From NCBI RefSeq assembly GCF_006345805.1, contig NC_042998.1, forward strand, positions 78,802,001 through 78,866,000: a stretch of DNA of 64,000 bases, given 5' to 3'. Below, piece after piece: positions 54,355 to 64,000 of this stretch. The position numbers were made by a program, and so were the translations under genes. Within the stretch, counting starts at the first letter, position 1. Each line of letters begins with the position of its first letter. Source of the DNA: Octopus sinensis (Eukaryota). Under the pieces are notes generated by a model, which saw only the letters and a program-made list of their open reading frames with translations, had not been told where the DNA came from and ran no database searches.

Positions 54355-55591
54355 TATGTGTCAAAATGTTCTTGGACTAGTTCTGTAGTGCACCTACAGA
54401 TAGCAGCATGCAATTGAATACACAGTGAAAGCTAGCAGTGACCTTTATGGGGCAGTGTGCTGAGTGACATCGCTGTGTTTACTTCGCAAGTTGCGAAACC
54501 TGTGCTTCTGTGATCATGTGTATGCTGTAGTCTGTGATTTTGTCATGGACAGGAAATCAGAACGAAGAACCAATGTGAAATTTTGCATTAAACTTGAGAA
54601 GTCTGCTACAAAGACATTGAGCAAGCTTATGGCAATGAGGCAATGGGTTGTACTCAATGTATTGAGTGGCATGAGTGTTACAAAAGCAGAAGAATGTCCC
54701 TGGAAGATGATGAATGAGCTGCCATGAGCGTCACCCCGAGAAATGTGGAGAAAATTCATCAGCTTGTGCATGAGGATCGTCAGAGGACAATCAGAAACAT
54801 TGCTGATGTTGTTGGTCTGTCATATGGACCCATGCAGGTACTCCTAATCTGAATTGAACATGTGGCATGTCTCTGCCAAGTTTGTCCCCGCCTGCTGACC
54901 ACTGAGTACAAAGAATGTTGTACCGGGCTCACTAACAACCCATCCTTCATGTCAAAGATCATCACTGGTGACGAGAGTTGGGTCTACGTGTACAACCCTG
55001 AGAAGAAGCAGCGGTTGTCACAATTGAAGAGCCCTTCATCTCCATGGCTGAAGAAGGTACAACAGAGCTGCAGCTCAGTCAAGAGCATGCTTATCGTTTT
55101 TTGCAATATCTGTGTTATTGTGCATTGAGAATTCATCTTTCAGGGCCAGATTGTCCCCGAGGGTTCTACCGTAATGTTTTGATGCATTTGAGAGAGGACA
55201 TTTGGCGAAAGCGACCAAGTCTATGGAATGCAAGGAAGTAGATTTTTCTCAGCAACAATGCACCCTGTCACAACATGGTATCGCTTCCACACCCATCTTA
55301 TTTGGCAGAGTTAACACCTGTGGACTGCCATCGCTTCCCCAAGATGAAAAAGCAGCTCAAAGGTCACCGTTTTAACACTGACGTTGAGATCTAGAGCGAA
55401 TTGCAGAAGGTCTTCAACTCGCTTACAGAAAACAACTTCCAGACTGGATTCCAAAAGTAGCAGGAATGCTGGGACTGGAGTATTGCTACACAAAGTAACT
55501 ATTTTAAAGGAGATAATATTAAAACATTGGTAAATAAGTTTATTTCTTATCAAACATAACTAGTCTGGGAGCTTTTTGATATCACTTCATA
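54355..55591 (+). mobile_element. Mariner DNA transposon, full length, transposase pseudogene
   Basis: MDRKSERRTNVKFCIKLEKSATKT (ATG 54544), AKFVPRLLT, ITGDESWVYVYNPE and HPSYLAELTPVD..FPKMKKQLKGHRF. Imperfect TIRs TCAAAA.G.TC...GACTAGTT at both ends in TA context. Confidence 0.9.
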
Positions 55592-55955
55592 TATATATAC
55601 ACGGACACATACAATATGTATCAGTATATGTTTGTAAACATATATGAGTAGATTTATTAGATGGACACTGAAAGAAGCCTGTCATATATATATATATGTG
55701 TGTGGTATGTGTCTGTGTGTTTATATATTCTGAAGTATTATGAGCAGCAAGTGGTGACATGGTTATTACTTCTCCTGCCGGAAAAAATCATCAACTGGTT
55801 TTGCATTTTTCAAGGTTGTATGAAATATGAGATCCCTTGAAAAAAAGAGAATGCTTGGTGACAGAAAGATTGTCTGGCTGTACAACAATGCCTTAATAAC
55901 ACATTCTGGATCTAACCCATGCTAGCTTGAAAAAAAAACATGTAAATATGAACAA

Positions 55956-56345
55956 TGGTAAGTAGCTTGTTTACCAACCACATGGTTCTGGGTTCAGTCC
56001 CACTGCGTGGCACCTTGGGCAAGTGTCTTCTACTATAGCCTCGGGCCAACCAAAGCCTTGTGAGTGGATTTGGTAGACGGAAACTGAAAGAAGCCCGTCG
56101 TATATATGTACATATATATATATATATATATGCGTTTGTGTGTCTGTGTTTGTCCCCCCAACATCGCTCGACAACTGGTGCTGGTGTGTTTACGTCCCCG
56201 TAACTTAGCGGTTCGGCAAAAGAGACCGATAAAATAAGTACTGGGCTTACAAACGAATAAGCCCCAGGTTCGAGTTGCTCGATTAAAGGCGGTGCTCCAG
56301 CATGGCCACAGTCAAATGACTGAAACAAGTAAAAGAGTAAAAGAG
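55956..56345 (+). mobile_element. Family A SINE (young, slightly 5' truncated)
   Basis: Colinear with 4683-5070, with many CpGs retained. Confidence 0.88.
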
Positions 56346-57318
56346 AATAAAATGAATTATATATGTGTTTGTATACATACATGCATATACACACTCATAA
56401 TATGTATAAACACACACACACACACATATACTCATTTATGCATTCACACATTCGTGTGTGTGTGTATATGTAAATTATGAAAGTTATTTATGCTTATGAA
56501 TCTAGAGCAGAAAAAAATAAACAGGTTCTTGGTTGGTATGTCGCATGATGGATACAAGGTATTTGTTCCATTGGGACAGCTAATTCATTTTATTTTGTCC
56601 TTGACTGGGTACTCATATCTTATAAGTTACACACTTAAAATCGTAATTTGTGCATTTAATTTGTAATTATATTTATGTCCATGTGTGTTACCATGTGTAT
56701 CTGTGTGTTTATATATGTGTCTGTATGCATATACTTATATCTGTGTATATGAACCTATGTGTGTGTGTGTGTACCCTTGGTGTTTTCTTTGTTGACAAAT
56801 AACAGTGTCACTGACATGTATACTTATGAAAAGTATTGTCAATCAATGGGTTTATTCACCTCACTAACTTCTAGACAAAACCAGTGGGAATGAACCAACA
56901 TCTGGTTGACACCCTGATAAGAATTTAAACTGAGAAAGAAAGCGTATATGAAAATAGGAACAAATGTTCACACAGATACACAGAAACACAAAGATATATG
57001 CAAACTATTAAATTTATACATATTTAAAAAATTGTATGCATATGTGTATCTCCCCCCCCTCCCCCTTCTCTTGATATAGATATAAATTCAACTGAAATCA
57101 AGTCTGGAGTGTGGGTGAAGATTGCATAAATAGAAGCAGAGCTTCAGTTTCTGCCTCATCAGAGTGGATTTCAGTACTCAGATAATCTGGTAGGCATTTT
57201 TGTTTTGTGTCAGATACTTCTCGTCCTTTACGCATGCTCCTCACTCAGTCAAATTGGGGACCATGAAACTGGTTGTTACAGGGTCAAATGCATGTAGAAT
57301 CTGATCTGTCCCCATCAT

Positions 57319-57395
<77 letters not shown>

Positions 57396-57443
57396 CATAC
57401 ATGCATATATACATACATGCATATATACGTACATATATATATA

Positions 57444-57630
57444 TCATCATCATCATCATCATCATTTAGCGTCCGTTTTCCATGCTAGCATGGGTTGGAC
57501 GGTTCTACTGGGGTCTGTGAAGCCAGAAGGCTTCATCAGGCCCAGTCAAATCTGGCAGTGTTTCTACGGCTGGATGCCCTTCCTAACGCCAACCACTCCG
57601 TGAGTGTAGTGGGTGCTTTTTACGTGCCAC
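57444..57630 (-). mobile_element. Family C 3' fragment in a TA-rich tract
   Basis: (CAT)n then TTTAGCGTCCGTTTTCCATGCTAGCATGGGTTGGACGG. Confidence 0.85.
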
Positions 57631-57753
57631 ATACATATATATATATATAAACACAAGAATTTATTTTCTCCTTCATTTTTATTCATATCAAACTCATTGC
57701 AATATTTCTGTCAGTTGTTTCTCTTCGTGATGATTTGATATCTTTTCTTCCAG

Positions 57754-57805
57754 TTCATTTGCTGGTATTTCTGTCCAGGAATCTCTTCAGGCTGTTACAA
57801 ACTGG
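57754..57805 (+). CDS. Candidate 52-nt host exon (alternative acceptor would give 27 nt)
   Basis: TCTTTTCTTCCAG acceptor and TGG|GTAAGT donor; open in all three frames. Coding status unknown. Confidence 0.3.
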
Positions 57806-58440
57806 GTAAGTAATTTTTTTTTTCATCTTTAGTTAATGTTTCTTTTAGCAGTTATTGTTACACTTTGAGATCAAATGTCACTGAACCAATTTTTGGCTTT
57901 TATCATTCCATACTTAATAAAATGATAAAACAAGTACCAATCTAGTACTGGGGGTCAATTTATTCATTTTATTTTTTTATTTTTTTTTAGTTAGTCAAAG
58001 GAAGAAGTGTAACTATGACTTATGAATTGGTGAGAAAAAATGAGCTGAGAATATGGTTCTGCAGTTAATACTAATCACTACTTTAATCCTTGTATGTAGC
58101 CCATCTAGAAGTCAGAGGTCACATGTAAGCATGCCGATAAAGAGAGCATTCTCTTGTGGTCTTACACAAGAAGTCATGTACTTATCTTATCTGACAGCAA
58201 GCAGCCACCTGTTAACACTTCCTCTAAAACAATAAAAAGAAAAAGGCTAACTGTACTGAATAGAATGTGCAGTAGGAAGTGCATCAAGATGACAGCAAGC
58301 TACTTTCAGATGTGCTCTGAATGCTTAATGCAGAGCATACTTTTCTAAAGGTTTCCAAACCAGGTTTTGGTGTTAAATCAAGCAGTGGACTAAGTCTTAT
58401 ATATCATTATTGGTATTTTTATGCTAACATTTCAGGTCAA

Positions 58441-58577
58441 TATTCTTTTCTACTCTTGGCACAAGGCCTGAAATTTTGGGGGAGGGGGCCAGTCAATTAG
58501 CTCGACCTCAGTATGCAACTGGTACTTAATTTATCGACCCAGAAAGGATGAAAGGCAAAGTCGACCTTGGTGGATTT
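58441..58577 (-). mobile_element. Family B SINE 3' part
   Basis: ACTGGTACTTAATTTATCGACCCAGAAAGGATGAAAGGCAAAGTCGACC. Confidence 0.75.
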
Positions 58578-59939
58578 CAGGTCAGTATTGACTGAATGAA
58601 GCCCAGTGATTTGCTGATGGTTATATTAACACCCAAGGCAAATTCATTCCTTTATGAGAATCAAACTGTTTTCCTAATACATAGTAGACAAGAGACAAAT
58701 ACCAAAATGAATTACTATTGGTTCTTAAAAGTTAGGTGAGCTGATACATTGTAGAATAAAGTTCTTTCACTCTGAAACTCAATGAGATTCCTGATTTGAA
58801 CTCTGGGATATTTCGCCTCTTGATAGTATGTTGCATATAGGAAGAGGTGCCATACATATCTAATATATTATGCCTCTTCCCATGAGGAACCTTCTGAATG
58901 GTTGCCCAACCTGTTAAAACTAGCAGCTAAATATCCTTCAAGCTTAAAGAAGAAAGCACACAGTGGATATTATAGTTTTAGAAAGACTTTCTGAAGATAT
59001 TTCAAATGTCTGCTTGATCAGAATAGACATGGAACTTAATAATACTAGCAATATACTATACTGACTGTCAGTGTAGTTAGTATCAGTAAAATATACAGCT
59101 ATATAGTATAAGTTTAGTATATCAGTAATAAGCCATAAAGATTACTCCTTTAATAGTTCTCTACTATATTTAAAATGCAATAAAGGTAGGTAGGAAGGAA
59201 ATCAATGGTATTATGAGACTTGTATGTAAGGGTAGCTTGCACTACAAATGAATAGGACAGGTTTAGCTTTAAAACATCAATAAAATATCTTGTGTGTATC
59301 ATACTTTAAGCAGTAGCCTTTGTTATATCTTTATTCAAGTAAAGTGGACTTGGCTTACCTCCTAACTAATAACAATCACAATTTATCATAGTAGTTTTCA
59401 TTTTGCCTGCTTCAGTTTACAGAGTCTTTGGGAAATATTATCCATATTCAATTATTGTTTTATCCTGGTGGGAATTTATCACTCATCAAATTTAGCTCAT
59501 GAAACTAGTTCTTAAAAACAGTTTCAGAGGTATTGTACACCTATCATGTATTAATTTTATAAATCTTACTGATGATCTTACGGTGCCTTCAAAGCATTTT
59601 AAAAATAACAACAAGATTGTTTGGCATACCTCAGGTTGAAAAGAAAAAGAGAAAACACTTTTTGAAAGTGGATGATTTAAAATACATACATACGTATATA
59701 TATATATTGTAAACAAAGGGAAAAGGCATTATATAATTCAAGTTGGTTGCATATGACTTAGTTGTTGAAACTGAAAATTTAATTAAATACATTCTTTGCT
59801 ATGAAAAATAATAAATAAAATATAAAAGACAAGACTGCCTGCTGGAAAGAAACAATCATTTTTGAAACGAATACTTATGGCTTTAAACCATAACATTAAT
59901 ATAAACTTCCGTGTACATATATGTATGTGTGTGTGTGTG

Positions 59940-59993
<54 letters not shown>

Positions 59994-60000
59994 TATACAT

Positions 60001-60752
60001 CAGGGTGCAGTGAATTAATTGTTGTCAAGATTATGCAAAAATGAAAATAACACTGACATCTCATTTTAATAGATATATTTACCTAAATTACATAAAAATA
60101 TCTTGAAATACTAAAGAGTAAATTTATTCAATAAAATCTCCATTGGCTTCAGTCCCTCCAGACAACATCCAAATCTCCTGCAACTCTTCTGGACGGTTTC
60201 TTTGTTTAAGCTGGTGAATTCTGCCATAATCCTTGCCATGAGTTCATCTTTGGTGTTACAAGGAGTTTTGTTGGTCTCTCCTTCAACTAGGATTGCAGTC
60301 TGGGGAGTTAGGTGGCCAGATGTTAGGGGTGATGTGGTTGCAGAAATTGTCTGACAGCCATGATTGGGTTCTCCTGCTTGTGTAGCATGGTGTATAGGAA
60401 GATGAATTGAGGCATAACGGCGCCGTCACTAGTGATCACTCCAAACACCATGATGTTGACTGAATGTTTGATTTTTATCACACTCAGTACATGTCTTTAG
60501 ATCGCACTGTCCTCAGATTGACACCCAAACACTCTGAAATGTTCGTATTGGAGCTTCCAGCACAAATGCCAAGCAGTACAGCTTGTCAATTGCAAATTTC
60601 TGACAGAGTGAATTGCGTCATGGTGTTGTTTTTCTCACAGATGGTGCCCAGCTGATCCTACTATACTGTGTAGTCAACAAAATCAAAAACATACAATGCG
60701 CATGCCTGAAATTAAAAATATAAAATGGTGACAATTTACCCATCACACCCTG
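60001..60752 (-). mobile_element. Internally deleted Tc1/mariner element of maT (DD37D)-like type
   Basis: TIRs CAGGGTG...AATTGT at both ends. Fragments IMVFGVITSDGAVMPQFIF, PCYTSRRTQSWLSDNF..IWPPNSPDCNP and a C-terminal GDFIE*. Confidence 0.8.
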
Positions 60753-61159
60753 TACATATGATTTATACATATAATATATATATGTATATATATTTATAAG
60801 TGAAGAAGGGAGTTACTGTAATTAAACTTATTCCATTGTTTACAAATGTTTCTACATGTGGGTGACAAATCAGATATCAAGCATGAATGCAAGAATCAGA
60901 ACAATGATATAATCATGTCCTCTATATAACGCATATTACATTATGACTTCCACAGTCAATAACTGAATGAACAGATATAATATGAATGGATATAATACAG
61001 TCACAAATTGGTTATTTCACTTATATGCATATGTGTGTGTATGTATGTATATATAATTAATTCAACAAACAGAACCGGGTGAAGAAAACACAGATAGCTT
61101 TTACCTCTGTTGGCAACAAAAGCTCTCTCTCTTTCTCTCTTTTTCTCTCCCTCTTTATT

Positions 61160-61480
61160 CTGGGTCGTCTTCTTTCAAAGGCTCCCTCCACTTTAGAGAA
61201 TGCCACTTCTATATGCAATTGTATTCACCCATACGCATCACATGACCATACCAGCACAGTCTTTTCTCTTGTAAACCACTTCTGATGCCTCTTATACCTA
61301 ATTTTTCTCTTAACACATTTACATTTTGTTGTACATGCACATTCAGCAGAATACTGGAACATACTAACTTCATTTCCTTCAAGCCCTCACATGTCCTCTG
61401 CAGTCACAGCCCATATTTCACTACCATGTATAATACACAAGTTTCATATAAACTGCTTTCATTCTGAGGGAGAAGTCCTT
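61160..61480 (-). mobile_element. RTE-clade LINE 3' region remnant
   Basis: Minus strand reads EKRLCWYGHVMRMGE...KVEGAFERRRP, matching RLRWxGHVxRM...EGxRxRGRP. Confidence 0.7.
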
Positions 61481-61739
61481 ATATAGAAGATATATATTTT
61501 TTATTAATATTTGTTTTTATGTTATAAGGAAAACAGTTTCACATTAATCTAGGGATTACTGTATACTTTTGTAGCATACAAGTTTATTTTCAAACAAGGA
61601 TATTGTTGGCAGTGACTTCGAAGTTCCAACCAGTTAAGCTATTAGCAGTCCAGCGGTGGCTTAACAGACCAAAACTTCAAAGTCACTGTCTACAATATTC
61701 TTCTTTAAGAATAGACACACACACACACACATATATAGC

Positions 61740-61821
61740 ATTAATAGAGGTCACAAAAGTGTATTTTAGCATAAGCAGGTTCTAGTCATTACCCTCTGTC
61801 ATTTTTGTGACCTCTATTAAT
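61740..61821. repeat. 19-bp perfect inverted repeat with 44-bp spacer
   Basis: ATTAATAGAGGTCACAAAA (61740-61758) / TTTTGTGACCTCTATTAAT (61803-61821). Confidence 0.85.
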
Positions 61822-62559
61822 TTTGTCTTTAGCTTCTAATTGCTAATAAGCCACCCTTTTAATTTGTTATATATATATTTATATGTGAGAGAGAGAGAGA
61901 GAAAAGTGTATTCATTCATAATATGTACATACACACTCACACAGACATTCATTAACTCTGTTAATACACTGAATTTTGTGGTTCTAAAAGGCTAAGCATG
62001 AAATTAGGACTGGCATAAATTTTCATCTTTCAGTAAGTGAAATAATAATACTCCAGGACATGTTTTGATTAGTTTCTTCCTGTTTCACCATGGATAGAGA
62101 GAGAGAGAGAGACACACACACACACACACACACTCACGACAGATAATGAGTTTGAGTGCAGGTCATACACATGTGTATACAATATGCACTTTTATGTGCA
62201 GTAGGTTATTGAATATCTTTGCAGCTGTCAAACCTGGCAGTGTTGTCTTATTGTAACCTGCAGTTTCCATCTGTGACATTTTTCAATGTCACTTTCAACT
62301 CAGCCTACTTCATATTACCTCACTCCTCCTCTCATTGTATCTTCTCACGCAATAACAGCTTACACAGTGGTAGATGCCAAACACCTCTGTCACATGTTAA
62401 TAATTATTGCCCTGCATATCAGTGTACAAACTTCCCATTCAGACTTCTCTTGAAGCCGTAAAATTTGTTGGTAATATCCACTTACTCAGCTTATCCAATT
62501 CTCACTGTGCACTTCAGATGGATATTTGACTCTCAATGACTCTGTGTGTGTGTGTATAT

Positions 62560-62605
<46 letters not shown>

Positions 62606-62686
62606 AAACGTGTATGTATTGGTTTATGCATGCACATATAAACTGACAACTATTTATATAATGAAGTGTTTATTTTATATGTGTGG

Positions 62687-62734
<48 letters not shown>

Positions 62735-62738
<4 letters not shown>

Positions 62739-63675
62739 ATTATATATATAAATTGGACATGGGCTATCATTGTATTCTTTCTTGTCTTGAGGTTCACAGC
62801 CAAACACCTGAGTGGATTCGCGTGAAAAATTGCACACATATAGAGACAGGTGCATAGACTGGAATGCACTTTGTATTTTTTTCCCAGCCCCCATACTTAC
62901 CGAGAAAATCGATTAAAACGTTTTCTAATGGAATTCCCCTGTTTGTTCCACCATTAAAACAACCAGTTGCTCACACAGCTGGCATATACCATTTCACTAG
63001 TAAAATTGGGAGTACAAGATAAGAGTCAGCCAAAACGTTATGCTCTCTCTTCTTTCACCACTTTGTGGGGTTAATAATCTTCATCTTTAGTTACAGTTTC
63101 TCATTCAAACTACATAATAGGCAGAATTGTCGGATTAAGACAGTAGGGTGTTTTGAGGAAGATTTGGCTTCTATTTCTACCAGGTCTAGCTATGATGTAG
63201 AGGTCTGAACTTAATTTTCATTCACATATTTGCATTTCAAAAGTTTAACATAATCTTCTCCATAAATCAACTATCATAAAAATACGCACTCACGTCCATT
63301 TCATATATCTTCTTTCACTTTCTGCTCTCTGCAAATAAAATTTTTACGGATACAACTGCTTACAAAAATAGCGATTAATGTATAATTTCTTTCTACATTC
63401 ATAATTAAATCAATGTTTTAATGATTAGACAGAGGTCCAATAGAATACTTCTCAGAAACAGACTACGTGCATATTCGTTCTTCACAACTCCTGAAGCTGT
63501 CTTCTGACAAGGGGATGGAGGTGGGTCAGGAAATTTTCATACAGCTGGAGGCTCCAATCGAAACAGGGGACCCGAAATGATAAGGTTGAGAAACACTGTT
63601 ATAGATTATGCCTAACCAAAAACAATCATAGCCACATTATCCAAACAGACCGGGTGAAACTGGGCTTCGCTGCTA

Positions 63676-63676
<1 letters not shown>
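62735..63676 (+). mobile_element. Probable non-autonomous Helitron (composite)
   Basis: 3' end CCGGGTGAAACTGGG..TGCTAG|T resembles the 20222 element terminus. 5' region TATATATAAA..CAGCCAAACACCTGAGTGGATTCGCGTGAAAAATTGCACACATATAG is Helitron-like. Continuity between the two ends is unproven. Confidence 0.5.
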
Positions 63677-63712
<36 letters not shown>

Positions 63713-63814
63713 GGAGTAAACACATAAATGTGAAACAAGGTGGAAAAAAGAGTACTCAAATACCAGTGGTAGAGTAATATGCTTTATTTTAAGCAGCAGA
63801 AAATTCAACAAAAT

Positions 63815-63852
63815 CTGTTACTCTGAGTTTCTCGTTGCTGTTCATCAGACAG
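63815..63852 (-). ncRNA. Mirror minimal hammerhead copy (stem II weakened)
   Basis: Same as 63869-63906 but the stem II region is ACAGCAACGA. Confidence 0.6.
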
Positions 63853-63868
63853 TTTTTGCTAGCAAAAA

Positions 63869-63906
63869 CTGTCTGATGAACGGCAACGAGAAACTCAGAG
63901 TAACAG
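63869..63906 (+). ncRNA. Minimal type I hammerhead ribozyme motif (38 nt)
   Basis: CUGU-CUGAUGA-A-CG-GCAA-CG-A-GAAA-CUCAGA-GUA-ACAG. Stem I is 4 bp (extendable), stem II is 2 bp with a GNRA loop, stem III is near-palindromic (ACUC-A-GAGU) and the triplet is GUA. Confidence 0.75.
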
Positions 63907-64000
63907 ATTTTGTTGAATTTTCTGCTGCTTAAAATAAAGTATATATATATATATATATACACATACACACGGATGGACATTTATATATTTATAGACAGAC

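Larger units (their letters stand above)
63782..63939. repeat. 158-bp spacerless palindrome with one mismatch, inside a (TA)n-flanked module (63711-63940)
   Basis: Centre GCT|AGC at 63860/63861; the only mismatch is 63839/63882. Confidence 0.95.

Noticed and set aside
57135-57167. Minus-strand CUGAUGA-GGCA-GAAAC hammerhead-like string
   Set aside because: No stem II pairing, no U16.1 and no stem I complement; likely chance.
57760-57795. Minus-strand CUGAAGA...GAAA string
   Set aside because: No stem I, stem III or NUH; overlaps a + strand exon candidate.

Overview
AT-rich, CpG-poor animal genomic DNA. The SINE repertoire and dense microsatellites suggest a coleoid cephalopod such as Octopus (inference). 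No long host exon is visible: the window looks intronic or intergenic, with three weak small-exon candidates on the + strand. Repeats dominate: three abundant SINE families plus a younger tRNA-headed SINE, RTE LINE fragments, two full-length dead mariner elements, a deleted maT-type Tc1/mariner, and two short Helitrons. A large dead RepHel Helitron (about 30.8-38.6 kb) has its Pif1 helicase interrupted by an internally deleted Ty3/Gypsy element with a CAGAC target-site duplication (TSD), and a Penelope-like RT remnant lies at 43.5-44.3 kb. The most notable signal is a set of type I hammerhead ribozyme motifs (8881-8972, 40130-40181, 63869-63906, plus degenerate copies) in short, mutually dissimilar non-coding modules. 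These sit in (TA)n tracts and/or in head-to-head inverted repeats, consistent with Penelope-like pseudo-LTR remnants. All calls were made by eye; no database searches or folding were run.
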